DNA of 64,000 nucleotides from an uncultured delta proteobacterium (GTDB lineage Bacteria > Myxococcota > Myxococcia > Myxococcales > Myxococcaceae), in assembly GCA_963713045.1 (NCBI GenBank), contig CAVQKE010000005.1, positions 32,001 to 96,000 of the forward strand. Reading direction: 5' to 3'. Made by a program: the position numbers and the translations under genes. The notes below the pieces were generated by a model. It was not told where the DNA came from. It saw only the letters and a program-made list of their open reading frames with translations, and did not search any database. Shown here one piece after another: positions 1 through 11,800 of this stretch (within the stretch, counting starts at the first letter, position 1; every line of letters starts with the position of its first letter).

Positions 1-984
1 CCGCGGAAGCCCGGCCAGCGCAAACAGGGCGGCCGGCCCCAGCGGGGCCGGCGTCTCGTAGAGGTCGTCTTGGTCTATCTCCAGCTTGGAGAGGAGGAAG
101 GCCCGAATTCGGTCCGGCGTGGCCGGGTCCACTTCCAGGCGCACCACCGCGCCGAATTTCCGGCGCCGGATTTCGCGGTCGATGGTGACCAGGAGGTCAT
201 CGGCCTCATCCTCCATAATCTCAATGTCCATGTCCCGCGTAATGCGGAAGGGGTAGACCCCGAGGATGCGCATCCCGGGGAAGAGCGCATCGAGGTTGGC
301 CGAGATGAGTGCCTCGAGCGGCAAAAACTCGCTCGGCCCGTTGGGGTCCGGCGTGTGCGGCTCGCGAAAGGCGTCGAGCGACACGAAGCGCGGAAGAATT
401 TCCGGCACCTTGACACGCGCGAAGCGCCGAAGCTCGGCTTCCGGGTCCTCCGCCTCGACCGCCAGCGACAGCGAGAGGTTGGAGATGAAGGGAAAGGGAT
501 GCCCTGGGTCCACCGCCAGCGGCGTCAGCACCGGAAACACACTGGTGCGGAAGTAGGCCCGTGCCCGCTCTTGCATCGCAGCGTCGAGCGACTCCCAGGT
601 CCGAATCCGGACCCCGGCCGCCGCCAATTCGGGGACCAGCTGCTGGCCGAAGAGTTCCGACGCCGTGCGCAGCTGCCGCCGCACCGTCTCGGCAATCCGA
701 GTGAGTTGCTCCCGGGCAGTGAGGCCGTCCGGGCTGCGCTCGACGTCCGGTTGCACCAGCTGACCGTGCAGGCCGCTGACGCGAATCATGAAAAACTCGT
801 CCAGGTTGGCGTGGAAAATGGCGAAAAATTTTAGCCGCTCCAGCAGTGGCCAGGCTGGGTCGGCAGCCTCCTCCAGCACCCTCTCATTGAAGGCCAGCCA
901 GGACATTTCCCGGTTGAGGTAATGGGCGGCCTCAGCGGGTAAGGCTGCCTTCGGCTTCGTGGATTTTCGTTCAGCGCGGGCCAT
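1..984 (-). CDS. ppk1: Polyphosphate kinase 1 (3' part outside window)
   Basis: Manual translation from ATG 984: [51 protein letters not shown], the PPK1 N-terminal signature. Missing from the ORF track because it runs off the edge. Confidence 0.95.
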   Translation of the reverse strand, partial: [328 protein letters not shown]

Positions 985-1159
985 TGGGTACCAATTCAAC
1001 AGGTTGTGGGGCGGCCGTCATCCTGCTCGCATTGGGGGCCCCGACAGGTGACAAGTCCGAGGCAGCACCGGGGGGCGCAGGACGCCCCTGGCCCCGTTTC
1101 GGGAGGCAACGGCCCAAAACGTTGGGTTTTCGGCCGTCCGGCGACTAGGACAGGCCACT

Positions 1160-2226
<1,067 letters not shown>

Positions 2227-2248
2227 ACGCCTCGGCCGCGGGCCCGGG

Positions 2249-2945
2249 CTACTTCGCGGTGGGCAACTCGCTCGGCGGCGGCGCCATGCCAATGTCAATG
2301 CGGCGGTTCCTGGCGCGCCCCTCGGCCGTGTCGTTGGAAGCAATGGGGTGGTACTGCGCGTACCCGGCGGCGCCCAACGTCTTCGGGTCGACGCCCTCGG
2401 CGATGAAGAAGTGGACCACCGCCACGGCGCGGGCCGTCGAGAGCTCCCAGTTGGAAGGGAATTGCCGCGTCTTAATCGGTGTGTTGTCGGTGTTGCCAGG
2501 CCACGTAGAAGACGCGATTACTGACGCCCTTCATGGCCGAAGCCACGTTGCGCAGCTCCGCCTTGCCGCCCTTGGTGATGGCCGCCTTTCCCGGCGCGAA
2601 AAGCACCTTCTCTGGCAAGCGGATGGTGACCGAGTCCCGACAGGTTGGCGATTTCCACCCTGCCGGCGGCAGAGTCCGCGGCCAACGCCTGGCTCATATT
2701 CTTGTAGTCATCGTTCTTCTGTTCGAGGGTGGCGTTGCTTTGCCGAGGCCGGTCACCTTGCCGGACGTGGCCGCCAGCTTCTGCTCGCAGTCCGCGACGC
2801 GCTGCGACTGGGTCGCGGCGTCCTGTTTGTATTTGTCGGCGTCACTGACGGCGGCGTTGTACTTCTCCTGCGACACGCCGCCGCAGCCGACGGCCAATGC
2901 AGCCAGTCCTAGGACAACGCTTCTCTTGCGAATGTCACTCAGCAT
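2249..2945 (-). CDS. OmpA/MotB-family lipoprotein, with several frameshifts
   Basis: Lipobox LAVGC, coiled-coil segment, then GNTDNTPIKTRQFPSNWELSTARAVAVV...GRARNRRIDI pieced together across frames. Confidence 0.8.
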
Positions 2946-3144
2946 GGTCGGGAATTCCTCCAACGTCTTGTAGAAGAAGCATCCGCCAGGCGCACACGCC
3001 TCGGACGGCGGTTGCGGCGGACAATGCCCGCTCACCTGGCGGAGTGCAAAAGGGGAATTCGGTGGCGCCGCCAGCGCCAGAAGTTTTCCGGGTTGAGTAA
3101 TGAGAAAAATCCCATACTGTCATCCGCTTAGGGCCTTGCGAGAC

Positions 3145-3979
3145 ATGGCAAACTGCTGGCTTCTCTTCCTGCTGGTGCTGGGCACGCCCGCACTGGCCCA
3201 AACGGTGACCCCCGGCGGCGAGTCGTCGGCTGCGGATGCGTCGGCTGGGGAACCGGACGAGGCGGAGGAACTCGCCAAGAAGACGCAAAACCCAGTGGCG
3301 GACCTGACCACCATCCCCTTTCAGAGCAACACCAATTTCGGCGTCGCGCCGGGCAATGCCGTCCAGGAAGTCTTCAACATTCAGCCCGTCATCCCCATCC
3401 ACATGGGCGGCTTCAACGTCATCACCCGCACCATCATTCCTCTCATCAACCAGCCCAACACCGGGCCGGACGGCGCGAGCACCTTCGGGCTGGGCAACAT
3501 CAACACCACCCTCTTCCTCTCACCCAGACAGCCCGGGGCCCTCATCTGGGGAATTCGGCCCCGTCTTCGGCTTCCCCAGCAACACCAGCCCGGCGCTGGG
3601 GAGTGCCAAGTGGACGTTCGGCCCTTCCTTGGTGCTGCTCACCATGCCGGGCCCGTGGGTGCTGGGCATCATCGTCAACAACGTGTGGAGTTATGCGGGC
3701 GGTGGAAGCCAAAACGTCAACTCCTTCCTGCTGCAGTACTTCGTCAACTACAACTTCCGCGGGGGCTGGTACCTCACCTCCTCGCCCCTCATCACGGCCA
3801 ATTGGCTGGCCACGTCCTACGGCAACAAGTGGACGTTTCCGGTGGGGGCCGGCTTCGGCAAGCTGCTGCGTCTGGGACGCTTGCCCCTCAATTTCAACGT
3901 GGCCGCCTACTACAACGTCTGGCGTCCCAGCGGCGGCCCCAGCTGGCAGCTGCGGCTTCAAGCGGCCCTCATCTTTTGA
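3145..3979 (+). CDS. Putative outer-membrane beta-barrel protein, frameshift near 3552
   Basis: Signal peptide, ELAKKTQNPVADL motif, alternating aromatic beta-strands, C-terminal Phe (WQLRLQAALIF). Confidence 0.75.
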
Positions 3980-4180
3980 AGGGCCCGTTGGGGCGCGCCT
4001 GGCGTGGCTGTTAGGGTGGCTTCCCCCGGGCGCGCAGGGTGCGGCCTCGCCTTTTTTTCGCGCCCGAGGCCCACGCCGGCAGACTGAAAAAAAGCCCCGG
4101 AAACGCTTCCCCCCATCCGGCGGGGCGGCGCGCAACAACCCGCCAGGGGGGGCCTTTGGAAGAAAGGAACCAAGGTGCAG

Positions 4181-6501
4181 ATGAGGCACGAAGAAAGCAG
4201 CGCCCGGTGGCTCCTCGCGGGGCTGCTTGTTGTCGGCTGCTCCCGCCAGCAGCCACCACCGGCGGCGCCATCCCCGGCGCCGCCGGCCGCGGCGGCACCG
4301 GCCCGCTACGTCGGCTCGGCGGCCTGCGCCGAGTGCCACGTCGTCGAGACAAAGGCCTGGGCCGCCTCCCACCACCAGCTGGCGATGCAGCCGGCCACGG
4401 AGGCCACCGTGCTGGGGAATTTCCAGGACGCGCACTTCACCTTCCAAGGCGTGACGACCACCTTTCTCCGCCCGGACGGCGGCTTCGCGGTGCGCACCGA
4501 CGGACCGGACGGAACGCTGGCCGACTTTCCCGTCCGCTTCACCTTTGGCGTGGAACCGTTGCAGCAGTACCTGCTGCAATTCCCGAAGGGCCGCCTGCAA
4601 GTCCTCGGCATCGCCTGGGACACCCGTCCGCGTGCCGAGGGCGGGCAGCGCTGGTTTCACCTGTACCCGAGCGAGCTGCAGATGGACTTTCGCAACGCGC
4701 TGCACTGGACGGGTCCCCAACAAAACTGGAATTACCAGTGCGGCGCCTGCCACACGACGGACTTTCAGAAAAACTACCGCGCCGACTCCGACAGCTTTGA
4801 GACGGCCTACAGCGACGGCAACGTGGGCTGCGAGGCCTGCCACGGCCCGGCCTCGGACACCTCGCCTGGGCGCACTCAGCCAACCCGGCACCGGACGCAT
4901 TGAAGGGCCTCACCTTCGCCCTGCACGGGGCATCTTTTGCCAGCTGGGGGAAGCTGGGAAGCAACGGCACCCTCACCCGCGAAGGGCCCATCTCGCGTGT
5001 GGAAGTGGAAACCTGTGGGCCGTGCCACGCGCGCCGAGGGCAGTTCTGGCCGACCGCCGCGCCCGGCGAGCCCATTGGCCAGGCGTACCGCGTCGCACTT
5101 CTCGAGGAGGGCCTGTATGAAGCCGACGGCCAAATTCGGGATGAAGTCTACGAATATGGCTCTTTTTTGCAGTCCAAAATGTTTCTGCACGGCGTCACCT
5201 GTTCGGACTGCCATGAGCCGCATGCGGCCAAGAAGCTGCGCTCGGAAGGCAACGGGGTGTGCACCCACTGTCACCAGGCGGCGCACTTCGACACGCCCGA
5301 GCACCACCACCACGCCGTTGGCACCGCCGGCGCGCAGTGCGTCTCCTGCCACATGCCGATGCGCACCTACATGGTGCTGGATGGACGGAGGGACCATTCG
5401 TTTCGCATTCCTCGGCCGGACCTCGCCCTTCAACTCAACACCCCGGACGCCTGCACGGCTTGCCACCGGGACAAGGGGGTTCGTTGGACCGCGGCCAAGG
5501 CACTCGCCCTCTGGCCTTCCCTCCCGGCGCACCCGCAGTGGGGCGAGGCCATTGAGGCCGGACGCCACTGGCTTCCCGGCGCCGGGGACAAGTTGATGGC
5601 CACCGCCCGAGACACCAACTTTCCAGCCATCGTCCGGGCCACCGCCGTCGAGCTTCTGGAGGGCTACCCGGACCCCAACCTCGTCCCTCTCCTCTCGCGG
5701 CTGGCCGTCGACCCGGACCCGCTGATTCGCCGCGCCACGGCCCACACCCTGTCTGGCCTCGACATCCCGGACCGGGTGCGCCTCGCCGCGCCACTTCTCG
5801 CCGACCCCATCCGCGACGTCCGCCTGGAGGCAACCTCCACGCTGGCGCCAGTCGCAGCTCGGGACTTGGACCCTTCACAGCGCGCGGCCCTGGAGGTGGC
5901 GGTGCGCGAACGACGCGCTTCGTTGGCCTCGGACGCGGACCGCAGCGAGGCACAGTACAACCTGGGTGTGCTGGAGATGGCGCGGGGAAACATTGGCGCG
6001 GCCGAGACGGCCTTCCGCTTGGCCATCCAGCGCGACCCCACCTTCGGCCCGGCCTACCTCAACCTAGCCGAGGTGCTGCGCGGCACCGGCCGCGAGGCGG
6101 AGGCAGAGAAGACGCTGCGCGAAGCGCTGCGCGTGGACGCCGGCGATGCCCCTGCCCACCACGCGCTCGGCCTGTCCCTGGTGCGCCAGGGCCGCAAGGC
6201 CGACGCCCTGGTGCAGCTGGAAAAGGCGGCGCGGCTGGGCGTGGCCAACCCGCGCTTCGCGTACGTCTACGCCATTGCCCTGCAGGACAGTGGAGACCAC
6301 CGCGGCGCCCTGAAGGTGGCTGAACGGACGCAGGCGCGCTACCCCGGCAACATGGACATCCTCACCCTTTTGGTCCAACTCCACCGCAGAGCCGGGGACG
6401 TCGAGGGCGCGCGCCTGTGGGCCCGCAAGCTGGCCGCGGCCGCACCCAACCTGCCGGCGGTGCAGCAATATGTCCGCGAGGTGGAGCAAGGCCGTCCCTG
6501 A
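4181..6501 (+). CDS. Multiheme cytochrome c lipoprotein with HEAT- and TPR-like repeats, frameshift near 4855
   Basis: Lipobox VVGC; 8 CxxCH motifs (CAECH, CGACH, CEACH, CGPCH, CSDCH, CTHCH, CVSCH, CTACH); helical repeat C-terminus. Confidence 0.88.
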
Positions 6502-6580
6502 GGGCCGGCACGGAAGTCGCTGGCCTCAGGTTCCTGACGTAGCGTTCCACAGGCACCAGGGGGGCCCACGCCCCGCCCGA

Positions 6581-7285
6581 ATGAACGCTGCTCTCATCTC
6601 GAAAAAGCACCTTCTGGTCCTGGTGACGGCGCTGCTGGCCGAGGCCCTCCAACACGCGGCCACCACGCCCGCCCGGGCCAAGGGGTTTGACTTCCTCGTC
6701 ATCCTGCTGGTGGTGGTCATCTTCCTGGCGGTGTTTGAGGACCCGGTCCAGCGGACCGTCGGCCTCGCGCTGGGGTTCGCTGGCGTCGGGACCAATTGGC
6801 TGCATTACGTCTTGCTCGGCCGCGCACTGTTAACCAGCGAGGTGTTGCACCACATCTTCATGGCCGGCTTCTTCGGCTTCACCGCGTACGCCATTCTGCG
6901 GGGCATCTTCCAGCGGAAGCATGTCAATGGGGACGCGGTGATAGGCGCCGTCTGCGGCTACCTCTTCGCCGGAGCGGCCTTCGGCAACCTGTACGCGCTG
7001 GTGGAGCTTCTGTCGCCCGGTTCCTTCCTCATCAACACCGCCATCGCCTGGCAACTCAACGACTGGCACCAGCGCCGCTTCCTCTTCGACTACCTGAGCC
7101 TCGTGACGCTGACCTCCCTCGGCTATGGCGAAATTACGCCGCTGCTACCGTGGGCCCAGACACTCACCTGGATGGAGTCCATCTTCGGCCAGTTCTACCT
7201 CGCGGTGGTGGTGGCCCAGCTGGTGGGCATGCGGATGGCGCCAAAGCCGCACGAGGCGCCGCCTCGCGCCGAGAAGCAAGCATGA
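6581..7285 (+). CDS. Potassium channel family protein
   Basis: Multiple TM helices and a filter-like VTLTSLGYGEI motif. Confidence 0.85.
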   Translation: MNAALISKKHLLVLVTALLAEALQHAATTPARAKGFDFLVILLVVVIFLAVFEDPVQRTVGLALGFAGVGTNWLHYVLLGRALLTSEVLHHIFMAGFFGFTAYAILRGIFQRKHVNGDAVIGAVCGYLFAGAAFGNLYALVELLSPGSFLINTAIAWQLNDWHQRRFLFDYLSLVTLTSLGYGEITPLLPWAQTLTWMESIFGQFYLAVVVAQLVGMRMAPKPHEAPPRAEKQA

Positions 7286-7394
7286 GGGACCGCGGGCGCG
7301 GTGTCAGCACGCGGTCGACGTCCGCGTTGGCCCGCAGGCGCGGTGGGCCCTGCCCTCGCCGGCCGGGCCAGCCCTTCGGTGGCCTCAAGGCAGA

Positions 7395-8180
7395 ATGACG
7401 GGCTTTCGCGAGCGCTATGGGCCTTGGGCGCTGGTGGCCGGAGCCTCTGCGGGCCTGGGCGAGGCCTTCGCCCGCAACTTGGCGGCCCGCGGCCTGAACC
7501 TGCTTCTTCTGGCCCGTCGGCAACAGGCGCTGGAGGCCCTGGCGGCAGACATTCGCGCCCGGCACGGCGTCCAAGTCCGCCACCAAGCCCTGGACGTCGG
7601 CGCCAGTGACTTGGGCGAGGGCGTGGCGCGCCTCTGCGCCGGGGAGGACGTGGGACTCCTCGTCTACAACGCTGCCGCTTCCGCCATTGGCCCCTTCTTG
7701 GCGCAGCCGCTGGAAGCCCAGCTGCGCGTCCTCGACGTCAACTGCCGGGGGGCACTGACTCTGGCACACCAACTGGGGCGGCCGATGTTGCAGCGCGGGC
7801 GCGGCGGACTGCTGCTCATGACGTCGCTGGCCGCCTCGCAAGGCGGGCCACTCCTCGCCTCCTACGCCGCCAGCAAGGCCTTCAACCTCATCCTGGCCGA
7901 GGGCCTGTGGGCCGAGCTCCGCCAGGGCGGCGTGGACGTCCTGGCCTGCCGCGCCGGAGCGACCCGGACGCCAGGCTACGCCTCCAGCCACCCCCAAAAG
8001 TCCATCCGCCTGATGGAGCCAGAGGCGGTGGTGGAAAAGGCGCTGCGGGCGCTGGGGCATGGGCCCAGCGTCGTGCCGGGGGCCTTCAACCGGCTGGCGG
8101 CCTTGCTGTTGGGGCGGCTTCTCCCGCGGCGTACCGCCATCGGCGTCATGGGGCGGGCCACCCACGAGTTGTACGGGTGA
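7395..8180 (+). CDS. Short-chain dehydrogenase/reductase
   Basis: GASAGLG glycine-rich motif, YNAA, YAASK. Confidence 0.92.
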   Translation: MTGFRERYGPWALVAGASAGLGEAFARNLAARGLNLLLLARRQQALEALAADIRARHGVQVRHQALDVGASDLGEGVARLCAGEDVGLLVYNAAASAIGPFLAQPLEAQLRVLDVNCRGALTLAHQLGRPMLQRGRGGLLLMTSLAASQGGPLLASYAASKAFNLILAEGLWAELRQGGVDVLACRAGATRTPGYASSHPQKSIRLMEPEAVVEKALRALGHGPSVVPGAFNRLAALLLGRLLPRRTAIGVMGRATHELYG

Positions 8181-9070
8181 GCGGCGCGAGACCGCCTCGC
8201 CTCAGCCGCCGACAGAGCCGCCTTCAGGTTTTGCTGGCCTATGGCGCGGCGCTGCTGGTGGCGCTGGCCGTCGGCCTGCTTCTGCGAGGGCGCCACCCCA
8301 TTGTGGTGGCGGCAGCGGCCGACGTCGCAGCGACAGCCGTCGTCTTCGCCTTCAGCGTGGCCCATGACAACTCCAGTCTCTACGACATGTATTGGAGCCT
8401 CGCCCCACTGCCCATTGCGGCTTACTGGGCAAGCGGTAACCCCGACGCACCCGAGGCACGCCAAGTCCTGGTCCTCCTCCTGCTCTGCGTCTGGAGTCTC
8501 CGCCTCACCGCCAACTGGTGGGCCCGCTGGCAGGGGCTGCACGACGAGGACTTTCGCTACCAGGAAATCCGCCGGCGCACCGGCCGCCTCTACTGGCCGG
8601 CCAGCTTTCTCAGTATTCACCTCATGCCCACAGCGTGGGTCTTCCTTGGCATGCTGCCAGTGTACCCGGCGGCGGCATGGCCCGCGCCGGGCCTCACCGC
8701 CCTGGACGCGCTGGCCGTCGCGGTGACAGCCACCGCCATCGGCGTGGAAGGCGTGGCCGATGCCCAGTTGCGCCGCTTTCTCCGCACCCGCCAGGACCGC
8801 GCGGCGGCGCTGGAGAGCGGCCTTTGGGCCTACAGCCGCCACCCCAACTACTTCGGGGAAGTGCTTTTCTGGTGGGGCCTGTACCTCTTCGCCCTCGCGG
8901 TGGGGCCGAGGTGGGCGTGGACGGGCGTGGGGGCCGTCTTCCTCACGCTGTTGTTTGTGCTGGTCAGCGTCCCGTGGATGGACCGCCGCATGCTGTCCCG
9001 GCACCCGGGCTGGGAAGTCCGGCTGCGCACCACCTCAGCGCTGGTGCCCTGGCCCAAGCGGCGCCGCTGA
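8177..9070 (+). CDS. DUF1295 / steroid 5-alpha-reductase-like membrane protein
   Basis: EDFRY, ADAQL and GLWAYSRHPNYFGE motifs. GTGA overlap with the SDR stop. Confidence 0.9.
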   Translation: MSGARPPRLSRRQSRLQVLLAYGAALLVALAVGLLLRGRHPIVVAAAADVAATAVVFAFSVAHDNSSLYDMYWSLAPLPIAAYWASGNPDAPEARQVLVLLLLCVWSLRLTANWWARWQGLHDEDFRYQEIRRRTGRLYWPASFLSIHLMPTAWVFLGMLPVYPAAAWPAPGLTALDALAVAVTATAIGVEGVADAQLRRFLRTRQDRAAALESGLWAYSRHPNYFGEVLFWWGLYLFALAVGPRWAWTGVGAVFLTLLFVLVSVPWMDRRMLSRHPGWEVRLRTTSALVPWPKRRR

Positions 9071-9075
9071 GGGCG

Positions 9076-9411
9076 TCACTTCGCCAGGGTGTGGATGTAG
9101 GCGACCACGTCCCAAATTTGCTGGTCGGTGAATTGCGGGTAGGCGTCCATGTCCTTGGAAAGCCCATTGGCCTTGCCGCCCTTCTGGATGACTTTAAACA
9201 TCTCGTCGTCCGGGGGAAGGTTGCGTGCGCTGAAGGCCTTGGGTTTGGGATTGAGGCTTTTACCCACCGGCCCATTGCCGTCACCGGTTTTGCCGTGGCA
9301 GATGACGCACTGGGCGCTGTAGATGGGCTTGCCTTTGGTGGCGTCCCCGGCAGCGGCCCAGCACAGGGCTGGTCCCAGCAGCCCGAGAAGCACCCAACGG
9401 ATTCCGCGCAT
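9076..9411 (-). CDS. Class I monoheme cytochrome c
   Basis: Signal peptide, CVICH, distal Met (MDAY). Confidence 0.9.
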   Translation of the reverse strand: MRGIRWVLLGLLGPALCWAAAGDATKGKPIYSAQCVICHGKTGDGNGPVGKSLNPKPKAFSARNLPPDDEMFKVIQKGGKANGLSKDMDAYPQFTDQQIWDVVAYIHTLAK

Positions 9412-9565
9412 GCACCCCTCCTGTGGATAGTCGGCCTACAGCTTAGGGTTGGCCAGAAGCCGGGCAAAGACGGCCGGTGCGGGCAGTCGGCGACGGCGCC
9501 GAGGCGGCGCTTGTAAACGCCTTCAACACGACAACCGCCACGCGAAAGGCTGTGCCCAGGTTATT

Positions 9566-9599
9566 GACAAAATAATCTGTCTATACAATCTTTCCTGTC
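9566..9599 (+). promoter_or_regulatory. Two tandem (G/T)ACA-N8-TGTC inverted repeats, likely operator of the downstream regulator
   Basis: GACA-AAATAATC-TGTC (9566-9581) and TACA-ATCTTTCC-TGTC (9584-9599) in an AT-rich patch overlapping TTGACA and abutting the GTG start at 9600. Confidence 0.55.
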
Positions 9600-10229
9600 G
9601 TGCAGCGTCCGGTGCAGGTCGTCCAGTCCCTCGACACGGCGGCCACCGTGTTGGACGGGACGCGGCTCCGCATTCTCGCTGGCCTGAGAGAGCCTCACTC
9701 CGCGGCCAGCGTGGCGCGCGCGCTGGGCCTCCCCCGCCAGCGCGTCGGCTACCACGTGCGCGCCCTGGAAAAGGCGGGCCTCCTCGTCCCCGCCGGGGAG
9801 CGGCGCAAGGGCGGCACCGTGGAGCGGCTGCTTCAAGCCAGCGCCCGCTCCTACGTCATCTCGCCTGAGGCCCTCGGCCTGCTCGGCACCACCCGGGCCG
9901 AAGTCCAAGACAGGTTTTCCTCCACCTACCAGGTGGCCGCCACCGCGCGAACGCTGCGGGACTTGGCCATCCTCCAGGCACGGGCCGCCCAGGCCGGAAA
10001 GCGCCTCCCCACGCTGACGTTGGAGACCGAAGTGCGTTTCGCCTCAGCCCAGGCCCAGACGGCCTTCGCCGCCGAGTTGACGCAGGCTCTCGCCGCCCTC
10101 GCCGCCCGCTACCACCGGGCGGACGCCCCAGACGGCCGCAGCTTCCGCTTCGTCCTGGCCGGTCACCCGGTGCTGTCCGGGGCGGACGCCTCACCCCAGC
10201 CGCCCCACCGAGGAGGGAGTCCGCCATGA
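9600..10229 (+). CDS. ArsR-like helix-turn-helix transcriptional regulator
   Basis: RLRILAGLREPHSAASVARALGLPRQRVGYHVRALEKAGL winged-HTH pattern. Confidence 0.85.
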   Translation: MQRPVQVVQSLDTAATVLDGTRLRILAGLREPHSAASVARALGLPRQRVGYHVRALEKAGLLVPAGERRKGGTVERLLQASARSYVISPEALGLLGTTRAEVQDRFSSTYQVAATARTLRDLAILQARAAQAGKRLPTLTLETEVRFASAQAQTAFAAELTQALAALAARYHRADAPDGRSFRFVLAGHPVLSGADASPQPPHRGGSPP

Positions 10230-11056
10230 CGTCCAAGCCCAAGGCCCGCACCATCCAAGTGGAAGTCCGCATTCACGCGCCGCGCGACGTCGTGTGGGCC
10301 GCCCTCACCGAGGCCTCTGAATTGTCCCGCTGGTTTCCCCCCGTCGCGACAGGCAAGCCCGGCCTTGGCGAGGAGCTGTCCTTCTCCTGGGGGGATTTGC
10401 ATTGGCGCACCGAGGTGGTGGGTTGGGAGCCCGGCCGTCACCTCCTCTGGCGGGACAAACCGGAGCAGCCCTCAGCCGCAGCAGGGGGCACCTCTGCCGC
10501 CCCCGCTGGACCCATGGCCGTCGACTGGACCCTCGAGGCGGCCGGCGGCGAAGTCCGGGTGCGCCTCGTCCAGTCCGGTTTCGGCGAGGGGGACAGCTGG
10601 GATGACTTCTACCAAGGAACGGACTTCGGCTGGCGTTTCTACCTCCACGCCCTGCGCCATTACCTCGAGCGGCACCGGGGCAAGCAGCGCGCCATGGCGT
10701 GGGTGCGACGCCACGCCCGCGGCGGCCCCAGTGTCCCCTGGGGCAAGGTGTGGAGCGTGGACGGCTTCGCGCCGACGCCGGAGGCGGCGCATCTGGCCGC
10801 AGGGCGTCCCTTCCAGCTGAGCCTTGGGACCGAGCGTCTGGTCGGCACGGTGGACTTCGTCCAGGCCCCGCGGGGCCTGTGGGGCACCCTGGGCAGCCTT
10901 GAGGACGCGACCCTCCTCGTGGAAATGGAACCCGGGGAAAGGGAACGGCACGCCGGCCTCTGGCTGTCCACCTACGGGCTGCCTGAGGAACGCATCGCAG
11001 CGCTCCAGTCCGCACTCACCGCGATGGCGGACCGCGTTCTCCCCGTGGCGGGCTAA
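10226..11056 (+). CDS. SRPBCC (AHSA1/START-like) domain protein
   Basis: APRDVVWAALTEASELSRWF...GWRFYLHALRHYLE. ATGA-coupled to the regulator. Confidence 0.85.
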   Translation: MTSKPKARTIQVEVRIHAPRDVVWAALTEASELSRWFPPVATGKPGLGEELSFSWGDLHWRTEVVGWEPGRHLLWRDKPEQPSAAAGGTSAAPAGPMAVDWTLEAAGGEVRVRLVQSGFGEGDSWDDFYQGTDFGWRFYLHALRHYLERHRGKQRAMAWVRRHARGGPSVPWGKVWSVDGFAPTPEAAHLAAGRPFQLSLGTERLVGTVDFVQAPRGLWGTLGSLEDATLLVEMEPGERERHAGLWLSTYGLPEERIAALQSALTAMADRVLPVAG

Positions 11057-11078
11057 AGAAAACGGGCCCCGCTGCCTT

Positions 11079-11783
11079 CTACCGGCCTGCGCCCTGCGGG
11101 CCCATTTGGCCAAACAGCACGCGGCGCGCCTCTTCGGTCAGCACCATCGGAGAGGCGGTCACCTTCGGCCCCAGCGCGTACGCGCGCTGAACGGCCGGAC
11201 GGGCCCCCATCGCCTCAAACCAGCGTTTCACGTTGGGGAAGTCCTCCAGGGTCTGCCCCTGTCGCGCGTAGGAGGCAATCCATGGGTGACAGGCCATGTC
11301 CGCAATGGAGTAACTGTCGGCCACGAAGTCGCGGCCCTGCAGCTGCGTGTCGAGGACGCGGTACAGCCGAGCGGTCTCCTTCACGTAGCGCTCGATGGCG
11401 TAGGGAATTTTCTCCGGAGCGTAGTGGGCGAAATGGTGGGCTTGCCCAAGCATCGGCCCAAGGCCTGCCATCTGCCAGAAAAGCCATTGCATCACCTGGG
11501 CCCGAGCCCGGAGCTCGTTGGGCAAAAAGCGCCCCGCCTTCGTCGCCAGGTATTCGAGAATCGCCCCCGATTCGAAGAGGGCCAGCGGTGGACCGCCGTC
11601 GCTCGGGGCGTTGTCGACAATGGCCGGCATCTTGTTATTCGGAGAAATGCGCAGGTACTCCGGCCGAAACTGCTCACCCTTCGTAATGTTGACGGGGAGC
11701 AGCCGATATTCCATCCCCGTCTCCTCGAGGAAAATGGTGATTTTGTGCCCGTTCGGCGTGGGCCAGTAGTGCAGGTCAATCAT
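11079..11783 (-). CDS. Glutathione S-transferase, YfcG/YghU-like
   Basis: MIDLHYWPTPNGHK, ISPNNKMPAI, FESGAIL. Confidence 0.93.
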   Translation of the reverse strand: MIDLHYWPTPNGHKITIFLEETGMEYRLLPVNITKGEQFRPEYLRISPNNKMPAIVDNAPSDGGPPLALFESGAILEYLATKAGRFLPNELRARAQVMQWLFWQMAGLGPMLGQAHHFAHYAPEKIPYAIERYVKETARLYRVLDTQLQGRDFVADSYSIADMACHPWIASYARQGQTLEDFPNVKRWFEAMGARPAVQRAYALGPKVTASPMVLTEEARRVLFGQMGPQGAGR

Positions 11784-11800
11784 CGAAGACTCTCCTCTGG

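Noticed and set aside
70..834. 254-aa plus-strand ORF
   Set aside because: Antisense shadow of ppk1. The same applies to most overlapping ORFs in the track, which arise from high GC content.
4901..4903. TGA splitting the octaheme cytochrome
   Set aside because: The halves are in different frames; this is a frameshift near 4855, not readthrough.
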